From contig JBJMMA010000083.1 of NCBI GenBank assembly GCA_045805065.1, positions 1-27,792 of the forward strand: DNA of 27,792 nucleotides. Reading direction: 5' to 3'. Below, piece by piece: positions 11,183 to 21,124 of the stretch. The notes beneath the pieces are model-generated. The model saw nothing but the letters and a program-made list of their open reading frames with translations, ran no database searches and had not been told where the DNA came from. This DNA is from Bdellovibrionia bacterium (GTDB lineage Bacteria > Bdellovibrionota > UBA1018). The first letter of the stretch is position 1. Each line of letters begins with the position of its first letter. Position numbers and translations under genes: made by a program.

Positions 11183-11932
11183 TCACTTTTGGCGGTGCAC
11201 TAGCGTTGGCGATGCCTGATCCGTGGGGTAAAGGACGACTTCCTGAATATTGACATGGCGCGGGCGCTTGACGCACCAAAAGATCGTTTCTGCGATGTCG
11301 CGTGCCGTAAGAGGCGTCATCCCTTGGTAGACGGATTTCGCCTTCTCTTGATCACCCAGGCGAACCACGCTGAATTCAGTTTCAACCATTCCGGGGCTGA
11401 TCTCTGTTACGCGCACTCCTGTGCCCAAGAGATCCATGCGCATGCATTCGGTAAGAGCATGTACGGCTGCTTTGGTTGCGCAATAGACGTTTCCTTTTGG
11501 ATAATTATAATGACCCGCAACAGATCCCAGATTGATGATATGACCATCGCCCTTTTTGATGAAGTAAGGCAGAACTTCGCGCGACATCGCAAGCACGCCT
11601 TTTACATTGGTATCAATCATGGCATCCCAGTCACTGGAGTCGACTTCTTGAATCGGGTGAAGCCCTTTGGCCAGGCCTGCATTATTGATCAGTACCTGGG
11701 TTTCTTCCAAAAGTTTGGCGGAAGCCTGGGCGAAAGAGCGAACCTCATCGGAGCGACTGATGTCGAGCGCGTAAGTGTGGACGCGGACTTTATGCGCCTG
11801 CTTGAGCTCATCTGAAAGCTTCTCCAGGCGATCTCGTCTCCGACCTACAAGAAAAAGGTCCTGACCGTTTTCAGCGAAAATCCGAGCCGTTGCCTCACCA
11901 ATTCCTGCCGTTGCGCCTGTGATCAAGATCAT
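11183..11932 (-). CDS. Short-chain dehydrogenase, YdfG-like NADP-dependent 3-hydroxy acid dehydrogenase
   Basis: TGATAGIG, NNAGLAKG, YCATK, PGMVETEFS.VR, P.HVNI. Confidence 0.88.
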   Translation of the reverse strand: MILITGATAGIGEATARIFAENGQDLFLVGRRRDRLEKLSDELKQAHKVRVHTYALDISRSDEVRSFAQASAKLLEETQVLINNAGLAKGLHPIQEVDSSDWDAMIDTNVKGVLAMSREVLPYFIKKGDGHIINLGSVAGHYNYPKGNVYCATKAAVHALTECMRMDLLGTGVRVTEISPGMVETEFSVVRLGDQEKAKSVYQGMTPLTARDIAETIFWCVKRPRHVNIQEVVLYPTDQASPTLVHRQK

Positions 11933-12028
11933 GGGTTTAAACTATCAATCTTAAGGCCAATCTCAAGGCATATTTGTGACTGCTTTTGCAAAAGCCAAAG
12001 GACTTCTCTTCTGTTAAACTGAAGCAAA

Positions 12029-12847
12029 GTGCCAATCAAAAACCTGCTCACTCAATTTGCCAACGTTATTGCCAAAGTCATCGCCAAATTCCTTGGCCAG
12101 CAGCCTGCATTATCTGAAAAGCAGGACCAGGCTCCAGGAGCGATCTTTCATAAAAAAGAAGAAGCTTTGCGTCGAAGGCACGCTCGGGTGAAACTAGTCC
12201 CTTTGCATGCGGCAAGCTTTGAGCTTGTAGACAATGCAAAAACAATTGGCCTGTCCAATCTCTCCATCAGTGGAATGGGATTGTTCTCCGAAGATCTGCC
12301 GACGGTGCTTAAAAATGATGATCTGATTGAGGGTTATCTGAACTGTGGAACCCAGAAGGCGAAAATCAACGCCCGGATTGTTCATATCGGAAAGCAGATC
12401 ACCGGCTGCCAATTCGTGGGACATGACGCTGAGGTGAACAAGCTGGTTCAAAGCTATTTCAGCCTTGAGCTCAGCGCGCTGACGATGATCTCGGTCAAGC
12501 CCGAGCTTTTGCAGGAGGACCCGGATGGAACTCCTCATTGGATTCATGGGAAGAACAATTGCGAGCTCTTTTTCGTCTCTCAAGGCGATCGTGTCATTCG
12601 TTTCAATCTGACCTTTTTCGGAAATTACATTGAGGGCGCACAAGGTGCCAAGGCAAAGTACGGTCAGATCATGGAAGAGGACGACGGCTTGGGAAAGCCC
12701 AGGCATAAGGCATCAGCGCTGATCCGCTGGGATGCTCAACTTGCCGCTCAACTTGAGCCTTATGCGCTTCGCTTCTTGTCCAGTGTTCCGCACCTGGAGG
12801 ACGCGCATCGCAAGGCAATATCGGCGTTGATTCAGAGGGTAGAATGA
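12029..12847 (+). CDS. PilZ-domain c-di-GMP receptor with an uncharacterised C-terminal domain
   Basis: RRHAR (RxxxR) followed about 25 aa later by NLSISG (D/NxSxxG), then a PilZ-like beta barrel ending G..F. Confidence 0.8.
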   Translation: MPIKNLLTQFANVIAKVIAKFLGQQPALSEKQDQAPGAIFHKKEEALRRRHARVKLVPLHAASFELVDNAKTIGLSNLSISGMGLFSEDLPTVLKNDDLIEGYLNCGTQKAKINARIVHIGKQITGCQFVGHDAEVNKLVQSYFSLELSALTMISVKPELLQEDPDGTPHWIHGKNNCELFFVSQGDRVIRFNLTFFGNYIEGAQGAKAKYGQIMEEDDGLGKPRHKASALIRWDAQLAAQLEPYALRFLSSVPHLEDAHRKAISALIQRVE

Positions 12848-13527
12848 GTTTTCGTTACGAGCTTAAAAGGCAGCATGAGAAGATTGGCCCGATGGAGCTC
12901 GAGATTGAGTGTCTAAAGGATCTTAATCAGACGATTGATGATCTTTTTGCTGAGCTTGAGCGAACCGGCAATGCCTCGCTTCTTGAAGAGCTTTGCCCTT
13001 ACTTTGGAACGGTCTGGCCATCGGCTCGAGCCCTGGCTGAGACTTTAGTGGAAAGAAAAGAAAGCTTTGCAGGCAAGCGGATCCTGGAAGTGGGGTGCGG
13101 GCTTGCCATTCCTTCGTTGGTGGCGGCAAAGCTTGGGGCCGAAGTCGTTGCGACAGATTTTCATCCGGAAGTCCCAAGATTTCTGGAAAGCAATTTAGCG
13201 ATCAACCAGGTCAGTTCCGTTCGCTATGAGCGGATTGATTGGTCAAAGGGGTTTCCAGATCTTGGAAAGTTCGACTGGGTCATCGGAAGCGATATCCTTT
13301 ATGAACGCCAGCATGCACTGCTTTTGGCGCGCGTTGTCAGTCAATATATGGGGCAAGGGAATAAAGAAGGGGGGAGGGCTTTGATCACCGACCCGGCCCG
13401 GCCGTATCTTCAGGCCTTCCTGGACGAAATGACACACCTGGGAGCCAAGTATGTCACCTCCGTTCGGACCGCCGAAGATCGCCCTGTTTCCAAAGACATA
13501 TTCGTGGTCGAATTGCATCGGCCGTAA
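12844..13527 (+). CDS. Class I SAM-dependent methyltransferase, Methyltransf_16 (METTL21-like protein methyltransferase) type
   Basis: PYFGTVWPSARAL, ILEVGCGL, ATD, IGSDILYE, DP.R; ATGA overlap with the PilZ gene. Confidence 0.85.
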   Translation: MSFRYELKRQHEKIGPMELEIECLKDLNQTIDDLFAELERTGNASLLEELCPYFGTVWPSARALAETLVERKESFAGKRILEVGCGLAIPSLVAAKLGAEVVATDFHPEVPRFLESNLAINQVSSVRYERIDWSKGFPDLGKFDWVIGSDILYERQHALLLARVVSQYMGQGNKEGGRALITDPARPYLQAFLDEMTHLGAKYVTSVRTAEDRPVSKDIFVVELHRP

Positions 13528-13610
13528 AAACCCTTTTAAATCAAACGTGTGTATAGGGTGCGTCGAGGGGTCTTAGAATTGATCAGCGCCAGAATTTTGT
13601 AAGTCTCATG

Positions 13611-13638
13611 TAAGTTTTTGGGGGGCTTTTGCCGAAAA
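13611..13638 (+). promoter_or_regulatory. Candidate sigma28 (FliA) promoter of the HD-GYP gene
   Basis: TAAG-N16-GCCGAAAA, close to the TAAA-N15-GCCGATAA consensus. Confidence 0.55.
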
Positions 13639-14876
13639 GCTTCTTTGTGGATACCTTGAAAAACACTTCCAGCTACTTTTCGGTTTCACCTGATCTCGTC
13701 GTGGTCAACGAGTCACTTCCATACGATCTTTACATCAACTCGTCAGCGATCGAGAACCGGGAAAAATACGTTCGCATCTTCCGTAAGGATGGCGTGCTTT
13801 CGCGCGATGATGTTCAGTCTTTCATGAACAAGTACCATCGCATCTATGTCGCCGAAACCGAGAGATCGAGCTTTCTCAAGAGCCTGATCAAATCCCCGGA
13901 GGCGACTCCTGTCCAGAAAACGACCGTTCTCAAGGACAGCGCGATTCACCATCTGCAAAAGCTTTTTGACCATGAAGTGACGACCGAGGTCCTGGCTCAA
14001 GGGATCGTCGATTGCCGCGAAGTCGTTGAAGGCATGATCGATGTCGTGGGTGATTACCGCGTGGATCAGCTTCAGGATCTGATCGCAAATCTGAGCTTTC
14101 ATGATTTCTATACCTACGATCACTCCATCAATGTCGCGATGTATTGCATCCTGATTTACAAAGCGCTGGAGCCGGGGGCTCGCCGTGCTGACATTGTTCA
14201 GGCCGGCCTTGCAGGACTTTTGCACGACCTTGGAAAGATCAAGATCTCAACAGAGATCCTGAATTCCGCAGAAAAACTGACCGATGAGCAGTTCCAGGAG
14301 ATCAAAAAGCATCCTCAATATGGCTTTGATCTTTTGGGCGAGGTTCGTCCGACACTTCCAGAGAATATTCGTGCGGAGCTCGTGGGCCGTGTGATCGTTG
14401 AGCATCATGAGAACTATGACGGCACGGGATATCCAAACCGCATCGGTGGCAAGCAGATCCACGTTCTTTCCCGGATCACTACGATTGCCGATTTCTTTGA
14501 TGCGATCACGACAAAGCGCTCCTACCATGAGCCACTGTCCTTGGAAGATGCAATCGCGCTCATGTCCAATTCGCAGGGAAAAAAGATTGACCCCGATCTC
14601 TTTCAGTTTTTCGTCAAACACACCCAGCAGATGGAGCTCAGAAAACATCTGAACCGTGAGCTTGCCGCGGAGTTTGATCCTTGTCAGCCTTGCCGTGAGC
14701 TTCCGCTGGCACCTGTCGCGCAAAAGCCAGTGGTGCCAAGCGTCGACACAAAGGGAGCTGTTCAGGTAAAGGAAAGTAAAAAAGTGACCGGCAATGGCAA
14801 GATCATGGTGATCGACACGACAAAGCCTAGAAAAGTCGTATCGACCAAAGGCGGACTGATTAAGAAGACCGGCTGA
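13629..14876 (+). CDS. HD-GYP domain cyclic-dinucleotide phosphodiesterase
   Basis: HDFYTYDHS, LLHDLGK, HP..G, HHENYDGTGYP, ADFFDAITTKRSY all intact. True start may be GTG 13647 or TTG 13656. Confidence 0.92.
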   Translation: MPKSFFVDTLKNTSSYFSVSPDLVVVNESLPYDLYINSSAIENREKYVRIFRKDGVLSRDDVQSFMNKYHRIYVAETERSSFLKSLIKSPEATPVQKTTVLKDSAIHHLQKLFDHEVTTEVLAQGIVDCREVVEGMIDVVGDYRVDQLQDLIANLSFHDFYTYDHSINVAMYCILIYKALEPGARRADIVQAGLAGLLHDLGKIKISTEILNSAEKLTDEQFQEIKKHPQYGFDLLGEVRPTLPENIRAELVGRVIVEHHENYDGTGYPNRIGGKQIHVLSRITTIADFFDAITTKRSYHEPLSLEDAIALMSNSQGKKIDPDLFQFFVKHTQQMELRKHLNRELAAEFDPCQPCRELPLAPVAQKPVVPSVDTKGAVQVKESKKVTGNGKIMVIDTTKPRKVVSTKGGLIKKTG

Positions 14877-14882
14877 AAATAA

Positions 14883-14917
14883 AACAGGCCTTTTCGGGAT
14901 CACCGAAAAGGCCTGTT
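14883..14917. terminator. Bidirectional intrinsic terminator between the HD-GYP and cyclophilin genes
   Basis: Perfect 15-bp stem AACAGGCCTTTTCGG / CCGAAAAGGCCTGTT with a 5-nt loop, A-rich upstream and T-rich downstream, between convergent genes. Confidence 0.9.
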
Positions 14918-14938
14918 CTGTTTTAAAAATCAGAAAAA

Positions 14939-15520
14939 TTACTTCGAGAGCTTGATCGACTTGATGGTCACGGTCTCAACCGGAACGTTCTCGTGCGGGA
15001 AGTGAGAAGTCGTTGCGACCTTTTCAATCTTGCGCACGACATCCATGCCGGAGGTCACTTTTCCAAAGACAGCATAGCCAGGTTCTGCATCGGACTTATA
15101 GTCCAGGAAAGCATTGTCTTTGACGTTGATGAAGAACTGATCCGTTGCGCTGTTTGGATCGTTGGTACGAGCCATGGCAATCGTTCCATCCTTGTTCTTC
15201 AGGCCATTGCTTGCTTCATTCTTGATGGGAGCATGCGTACTGCCCTTTTCGGTCATGTCGGCCTTCATTCCGCCGCCTTGGATCATGAACGCTGGGATGA
15301 CGCGATGAAAGATCGTGCCGTCATAATGCTTTTCTTTGACGTAGGTGAGGAAGTTCTTCACCGAGATGGGAGCTTTTGCTTCATCAAGCTCCACTTTGAT
15401 GTCGCCCATGGACGTGGCGATCGTCACGACGGGGTTCTTTTCTTTAGCGGCGAAAGCTTGCATGCCGGACAGAGACAGGCAAAGCGCGAATACTGCGGTA
15501 AAAACGGAAAACTTTTTCAT
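14939..15520 (-). CDS. ppiA: Periplasmic cyclophilin-type peptidyl-prolyl cis-trans isomerase
   Basis: Signal peptide; [42 protein letters not shown] upstream. Confidence 0.93.
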   Translation of the reverse strand: MKKFSVFTAVFALCLSLSGMQAFAAKEKNPVVTIATSMGDIKVELDEAKAPISVKNFLTYVKEKHYDGTIFHRVIPAFMIQGGGMKADMTEKGSTHAPIKNEASNGLKNKDGTIAMARTNDPNSATDQFFINVKDNAFLDYKSDAEPGYAVFGKVTSGMDVVRKIEKVATTSHFPHENVPVETVTIKSIKLSK

Positions 15521-15540
15521 TTTGAGATTCTCCTTATGTT

Positions 15541-16773
15541 TTACGACTCACAAATAATGTGACTCAAAAGTCCGTCACGAAGCTTGGGCTCAAACCAGGT
15601 TGATTTCGGTGGCATGATCTCTCCTGCGTCCGAGATTTCCATCAAATCGTCAACCGTGGTGGGATGCAACGAGAAAGCTGCTTGCGCGCGCCCGGAGTCC
15701 ACCAGCTCTACGAGCTCACGCGTGCCTCGGATGCCTCCGACAAAGTCGATTCGTTTGTCAGTTCGGGGATCCTTGATTCCAAAAAGAGGATCTAAAACCT
15801 GATTCTGAAGCACGCTGACGTCCAGGCGCGCCGCTGGAGAAGTGTCCATGCCAGGCTTGTTCTTAGGCGCAAGTCCGTACCAATGGCCTCCCATGTACAT
15901 TGAGAACTGGCCTCTCTTAGGTTCAGAGGCTGCGCCCTTTGCGATCGTAAAGGACTTCTCCAGAGTCGAAAGAATCGACTCATGGGAATGCCCGTTCAGA
16001 TCCTTGATGACACGGTAATAGGGAAGAATCCTGAGTTGTTCCGCCGGAAAAGCCACAGCTAGAAAGAAATTATAATCTTCTTGGCCCGTGTGCTTTGGAT
16101 TTTCTTTTTTAAGCTCTGCGCGTGCGCGACTTGCCGATGCTGCGCGATGATGACCGTCCGCAATGTAGAGCATTGGAACTTTGTGGAAGAGCTCCACTAG
16201 GAGAGCAGGATTCTGAACCTTCCAAAGTTTGTGGACGATTCCATCTGGCGCAGTGAAGTGGAAGAGGGGAGTCGCTTCCGTTTCGCGCGCCACTTGCGCG
16301 TTCAGATCCGATAAACCTTTATGGGTCAGAAAGACCGGGCCAGTCTGTGCGCCTAACGTCAAAACGTGGCGAGTGCGATCATCTTCCTTGTCCTGGCGGG
16401 TTTTCTCATGTTTTTTGATCGTGCCGTGATCATACTCATCGATGGAGTACGCGGCTGCGATTCCTGTTTGTTCCCGATCTCCCATTTTAAGGCGATAGAT
16501 GTAGAGGGAAGGTTCGGTTTCACGAACCAGAGGCAGCTCTTGTGTCAGTTTTCGGAAATTCTCGCGGGCTTTCTCATAGACCTCTTTTGCGTAAGGGTCG
16601 GTGCCGGCGGGAAGATCGATCTCCGGGCGCGAGACATGAAGAAAGCTGAAAGGATTTCCTTGAGCCAGTGATGCGGCTTCTGTCTGATTGACGACATCGT
16701 AGGGGACAGAGGCTACTTTCGCGACATGCTCTGGCTGAGAACGAAGGGCTCGAAATGGACGAATCAGGGACAT
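15541..16773 (-). CDS. DUF1015 family protein
   Basis: [51 protein letters not shown] at 16773 preferred over 16791. Confidence 0.9.
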   Translation of the reverse strand: MSLIRPFRALRSQPEHVAKVASVPYDVVNQTEAASLAQGNPFSFLHVSRPEIDLPAGTDPYAKEVYEKARENFRKLTQELPLVRETEPSLYIYRLKMGDREQTGIAAAYSIDEYDHGTIKKHEKTRQDKEDDRTRHVLTLGAQTGPVFLTHKGLSDLNAQVARETEATPLFHFTAPDGIVHKLWKVQNPALLVELFHKVPMLYIADGHHRAASASRARAELKKENPKHTGQEDYNFFLAVAFPAEQLRILPYYRVIKDLNGHSHESILSTLEKSFTIAKGAASEPKRGQFSMYMGGHWYGLAPKNKPGMDTSPAARLDVSVLQNQVLDPLFGIKDPRTDKRIDFVGGIRGTRELVELVDSGRAQAAFSLHPTTVDDLMEISDAGEIMPPKSTWFEPKLRDGLLSHIICES

Positions 16774-16806
16774 GCTTTTCTTGTCGCACATCCCAGGCTT
16801 GCCTGT

Positions 16807-17232
16807 CTATTGATTCGGGTAAGCCCAAGAAGGTTGAGCCACTGCGAAAGGTTGATCCGGCGGTACGACTGGCGCTGCTTTTTGAGGAGGAGCTGGGGGT
16901 ACGGGCATAGGGGGCGGAACGGGTCGCTCAAAAACGAAGTAAGGCGCATTGATAAAAGGATAGGTCGAAAAATACGGAATGACGTTTCCCGGATACCAAG
17001 GGTTGTAAACAATCGGTCCATTCGCCACAGGGGGGGCAGGAGGCGGGCCTTGAGAAGGGACGGAAGGACGGCTCGGCTGTTGGGTTTGGCAGGTTGTCTG
17101 TGATTGAGAGCATGGACATGAACATGAAGGCGGGCAGCCGCATTGCTCTGCAGCAGAGCTTTGAGCAATGCTCACGCTGGCAAGCATCAAGAATGTCGCG
17201 ATTAAGCTCAATCGGGGCCCGGGGTGTATCAC
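16807..17232 (-). CDS. Hypothetical secreted Cys- and Pro-rich protein
   Basis: Signal-peptide-like N-terminus, CGCPPSCSCPC cluster, polyproline tracts; co-oriented and close to DUF1015. Confidence 0.55.
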   Translation of the reverse strand: MIHPGPRLSLIATFLMLASVSIAQSSAAEQCGCPPSCSCPCSQSQTTCQTQQPSRPSVPSQGPPPAPPVANGPIVYNPWYPGNVIPYFSTYPFINAPYFVFERPVPPPMPVPPAPPQKAAPVVPPDQPFAVAQPSWAYPNQ

Positions 17233-17376
17233 GGGCTAAAACAGCTGCAAATCTGAGACATTACGCTCATATTATTCCGTTTGTTTTTACAGCTTTCTAA
17301 TTAATAGTTAAGAAGATTTCATGAAGAATTGTAACTAATTGTAATTGCTGTTGAAAATACCGAGCCCACCCGCTCC

Positions 17377-17401
17377 TCATTTCCTTAAATATCGCCGATA
17401 A
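17377..17401 (+). promoter_or_regulatory. Candidate sigma28 promoter of the fibre locus
   Basis: Perfect GCCGATAA -10 element at 17394-17401 in an AT-rich intergenic region, 80 nt before the ATG; -35 element weak. Confidence 0.5.
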
Positions 17402-17481
17402 TAGAGAAGAAGATCCTAATAATCGTCGGAGATTTTCGTCTTAGCTAGCAGCACGTTTGTAAAAGGACAAAGGCGAAGTTT

Positions 17482-18879
17482 ATGTTTTTAAACTGGTATA
17501 GCAACGCAAAGCAGCTTGTTTCTTATGCTTTGATCGGGAGCCTGGTGTTTGCACCTCTCGGCTACTCCTCCCGAGCTTTTGCTTTTGCCGAAAACGCTCA
17601 GACCTTTACTTATCAAGGGCAGCTTTTAAACAACGCCGGAACACCGCTCAGCGACTCCAGCGTTACGATCGTTCTCTCCATCTATAATCCATCCAAGAAC
17701 TGTCTTCTCTATGAGGAGACTCAAACGGTCGACACGACAACAACGGATGGAATGTTCTCCGTGCAAGTTGGACAAGCGACAACCTCTGGTGGCAAGCGCA
17801 CCGCCAACGATCCAGGTCTTCGGATGGCCACGATCTTCAGAAACGATGGCACGCAGATTCGTGCTGCAGGTACGAACTGTACATCGGGATACACGGCATC
17901 CGCAGGCGATGGTCGTGTGATGCAGGTTCAGGTGACTCCATCCTCTACGGGTGTTCCTGTCACTCTTTCTCCAGATGAAAAGATTGATGCTGTCCCTCAG
18001 GCTTGGTCCGCTGAGACTTTTCAAGGCATCCCGCTTGGAAACTTCATTCAGCTCTCAGGTTCTGATGCTGTCATTCCTTCAGGCAATGGACTCAAAGTGA
18101 ATGGCTCACAAGTGATCGACTCCAGTGGTAACTGGGTAGGTCCAAGCACTGGACTTGTTGGAGCAACCGGTACCGCGGGTGCGACAGGCGCCACGGGACC
18201 AACCGGTGCTGCTGGTGCAACGGGTGCAACAGGCACTGCAGGTCCAACAGGTGCGACTGGCGCTACTGGCGCTGTAGGACCTACCGGTGCAACGGGTGCT
18301 ACTGGTGTCGCAGGTGCGACAGGCGCTACAGGCGTCGCAGGTGCGACAGGCGCTACAGGCGTCGCAGGTCCAACCGGCGCAACAGGTGCGACTGGCGTAA
18401 CAGGTGCAACTGGCGTAACAGGTGCGACTGGCGTAACAGGTGCGACTGGCGCTACGGGTGCTGATGGCGCAAGCCCATGGACATTGAATGGATCTGACAC
18501 GTACTACACCGCAGGAAAAGTGGGCGTGGGCTCGACAGGCCCTTCTGCAAAGCTCGATATCGTGGGCCAGATGAGAACGACCGCTTCGGGCGGTGCAGCC
18601 AAGGTCAATGCATCAGCATCCGTTGACTGGAACAACGGCAACGCTCAATCCATGTCCGTGGATTGCGCGACAACGACCTTCACCAATATGCTCGATGGCG
18701 GAACGTATCTTCTTGCCGTCACCGAAACAGGAACGAGTACCTGCACGTTCTCACAATCGGGTCTCACGTTTTATTTTAGTCCGGCAAATAGTGCCAGAAC
18801 CAGCGGTCAAAGAACCGTTTACTCCTTTCAGCGAATTGGAAACGACGTTTATGTGTCGTGGATCGCTGGCTTTCAATAA
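17482..18879 (+). CDS. Secreted trimeric fibre/adhesin with collagen-like stalk (Bdellovibrio MAT / phage tail-fibre-like)
   Basis: Signal peptide; TYQGQL N-terminal domain; 36 consecutive G-X-Y triplets; neck motif [19 protein letters not shown]-terminal DWNNGN beta domain. Confidence 0.85.
   Translation: MFLNWYSNAKQLVSYALIGSLVFAPLGYSSRAFAFAENAQTFTYQGQLLNNAGTPLSDSSVTIVLSIYNPSKNCLLYEETQTVDTTTTDGMFSVQVGQATTSGGKRTANDPGLRMATIFRNDGTQIRAAGTNCTSGYTASAGDGRVMQVQVTPSSTGVPVTLSPDEKIDAVPQAWSAETFQGIPLGNFIQLSGSDAVIPSGNGLKVNGSQVIDSSGNWVGPSTGLVGATGTAGATGATGPTGAAGATGATGTAGPTGATGATGAVGPTGATGATGVAGATGATGVAGATGATGVAGPTGATGATGVTGATGVTGATGVTGATGATGADGASPWTLNGSDTYYTAGKVGVGSTGPSAKLDIVGQMRTTASGGAAKVNASASVDWNNGNAQSMSVDCATTTFTNMLDGGTYLLAVTETGTSTCTFSQSGLTFYFSPANSARTSGQRTVYSFQRIGNDVYVSWIAGFQ
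18151..18474 (+). repeat. Collagen G-X-Y coding repeat (9-bp unit) with nested 27-bp and 18-bp near-perfect tandem repeats
   Basis: GTCGCAGGTGCGACAGGCGCTACAGGC x2 (18307-18360); ACAGGTGCRACTGGCGTA about x4 (18382-18453). Confidence 0.92.
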
Positions 18880-18909
18880 GCAGTGACCAGTAAATAACGA
18901 GTAGATCAA

Positions 18910-21090
18910 ATGCGTGGAACGTCGGTGGCAGCAAAAATCACTCTCTTAATGGCGGCACTGTTGCCTATCTGCGCACGGAGCACGACGATCCCTTTTGGGT
19001 TCTTTGCGACAAAATCAAATAAGCTGATCTACACGACCACTGCTCAATCCATTTACGCGGGAAACTGCTCAGGAATCACGACCGTCAAATCAGTCAATGC
19101 ATCTGGTGCGACCAAAAACGTCGCCTCCAATCTGACAGTCAATCTGGCAACGGTGAGTGGTGTGACTTATTACTCGGATTCAAGCTGTTCCACTACAATC
19201 ACGAGCGTGACGATTGCCTCAGGCACAAGTAGCGCAAGTTTTTATTTTATCAGCGCATCCACTGGCACTCAGGCCATTACTGTAACGGCCACCGGGTATC
19301 TGGCCGGCAAGCAAAACGAAACGATTGCCACCAACCCCTTTGTCTGGACCGGAGGCGGAGGAAACGCGCTTTGGAGCACGGCAGCTAACTGGTCAGGAGG
19401 AAGTGCTCCGGGGGCAAGCAACGTTGCTCTCTTTGATGGCACATGCTCGAGCAATTGCTCTCCTACGATTTCGGCAAATATCTCGATTGGTGGAATTCGA
19501 ATTGCCTCAGGATACTCCGGAACGATTACTCAAAACTCGGGCGTGACCATCACGACGAGCGGAGCAGGTTACTATCAAGCTTCCGGAACGTTTACTGGCG
19601 GAAATAGTTCGATCACCATAGGTGGGCCTTATGCACTGGTGGGGGGAACGTTTACGAGCACCAGCGCCAATCTGAGAATTACTGGGGCAGCATTGAAGGT
19701 TGCAAATTCACCGACCTTTAATCACGTCAACGGCAAAGTCGAACTCGCAACCATTTCAGGTATGGTTTTGTCAGGCCTATCCGGCATCTCTTTCTACGAT
19801 GTCGACCTTTTAGGAAACGCAAGCTCTGCAATCATGACTTTGAATAGCACCCTGAACGTCCTTGGGTCACTGAGATTTATTGATTATGGATACTCAAGTA
19901 CACTTGCTGGGACCGCTACCATTAATGTTTCTGGAAATCTTGAGACTCAAGGCTCTGGCTGGAAAGCGAACGCGACCGTTCTGACTAAAATGATAGGTAC
20001 AGGGACGATTACTGGTCCAAGTACTGGTACAGCCAGTTTTGGCGCGCTTGAGATTGCCACTTCTGGGACTGTGACGTTCGCATCAACCGGCACTATCAGC
20101 TTTTTAGGTGATTTTACTTATACATCTGGAACCGTCGTTACGACTGGCTCTACCGTCAAATTTATTGGAGGGGCTCAAAGCATCAGTCCCGGTGCGATGT
20201 CTTTTAACCACGTCAATCTCTCATGCACAGGAAGTGGCTACACTACTCGTACACTCAATGGCACTCTGAAAGTCTTGGGTGATCTGACCCTGTATTGCAA
20301 TTCATATTCATTAATTAGCAACTCTGGAACGATTGAGGTTTCAGGTAATCTTAATATTCAAAGCGCTCAGGTTCGAGGCGGCACTACCTTGATCAAAATG
20401 GTGGGAACGGGAACCATTACTGGCTCAGGAAGCGGCTCTTATACGGGACCGCTTGAAATTGCTACCAGTGGCACAATCACTTTTGCCAATACGGGCTCTG
20501 TCGATATTGGCGGCAATTTCACCTATACTTCTGGAACGGTTGTGGCGACGGGTTCAACCGTGCAATTTATTGGAAGCACAGGACTCGCGATCAACCCAGG
20601 AAATATTCACTTCAATCACGTCGCAATCGTGCAGGACTCGACGACACCAAACACTCTTACAGGCACTTTGTATGTAGGCGGGAACCTGACTCTTACGGCA
20701 ACAAGCTATTGGCCATCAGTGAATGGCGGGACGATCGACGTCAAAGGAAATCTTGCGGCTTCAGGTAATTTTACGGGTGGTACGACATCGATCGTCCTGT
20801 CGGGCTCGGGCGTGCAAACACTGTCCATGTCTGGCTCGGCCAAGCTTCCGGGCACCTGGCTTCAGGTCTTCAATTCATCCTCGGTGCTGACGCTCGGAAG
20901 CAATGTGGATCTTGGAACATCTCCAGGAATCGATGTGTTCAATGGTAGCGTGAATATGGCGGGCTACAACCTGACAACGAAGACTTTGAACCTCGAGCTC
21001 AACGTTCTCACGAAAAATGGCGGCGTTCTGACCGTGAATGGCACGGTCGCGGGCACAGGCACTCTGTATGGTGGCACGGTAAATCCATAG
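18910..21090 (+). CDS. Secreted Gly/Ser/Thr-rich beta-helix-like repeat protein (putative adhesin)
   Basis: Signal peptide followed by IPFGFF; Ig-like region with Cys pair; WTGGGGNALWSTAANW cap motif; internal repeat of about 135 aa; no C-terminal autotransporter barrel. Confidence 0.75.
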   Translation: MRGTSVAAKITLLMAALLPICARSTTIPFGFFATKSNKLIYTTTAQSIYAGNCSGITTVKSVNASGATKNVASNLTVNLATVSGVTYYSDSSCSTTITSVTIASGTSSASFYFISASTGTQAITVTATGYLAGKQNETIATNPFVWTGGGGNALWSTAANWSGGSAPGASNVALFDGTCSSNCSPTISANISIGGIRIASGYSGTITQNSGVTITTSGAGYYQASGTFTGGNSSITIGGPYALVGGTFTSTSANLRITGAALKVANSPTFNHVNGKVELATISGMVLSGLSGISFYDVDLLGNASSAIMTLNSTLNVLGSLRFIDYGYSSTLAGTATINVSGNLETQGSGWKANATVLTKMIGTGTITGPSTGTASFGALEIATSGTVTFASTGTISFLGDFTYTSGTVVTTGSTVKFIGGAQSISPGAMSFNHVNLSCTGSGYTTRTLNGTLKVLGDLTLYCNSYSLISNSGTIEVSGNLNIQSAQVRGGTTLIKMVGTGTITGSGSGSYTGPLEIATSGTITFANTGSVDIGGNFTYTSGTVVATGSTVQFIGSTGLAINPGNIHFNHVAIVQDSTTPNTLTGTLYVGGNLTLTATSYWPSVNGGTIDVKGNLAASGNFTGGTTSIVLSGSGVQTLSMSGSAKLPGTWLQVFNSSSVLTLGSNVDLGTSPGIDVFNGSVNMAGYNLTTKTLNLELNVLTKNGGVLTVNGTVAGTGTLYGGTVNP

Positions 21091-21124
21091 ACAAGTTTCC
21101 TAAAGCCATTGATACTGATTAAGA

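Noticed and set aside
17233..17481. c-di-GMP riboswitch or ncRNA upstream of the fibre gene
   Set aside because: No GEMM-type conserved motifs or convincing stems could be recognised by eye; a covariance-model search would be needed.
18151..18474. Possible CRISPR array
   Set aside because: Repeats are in-frame 9/18/27-bp tandem units without unique spacers, and no cas genes are present.
18048..18500. Antisense (PVA)n repeat ORF
   Set aside because: Simply the reverse complement of the collagen repeat.
17482..21090. Prophage tail module
   Set aside because: Both proteins carry Sec-type signal peptides, and there are no capsid, terminase, integrase or lysis genes nearby.
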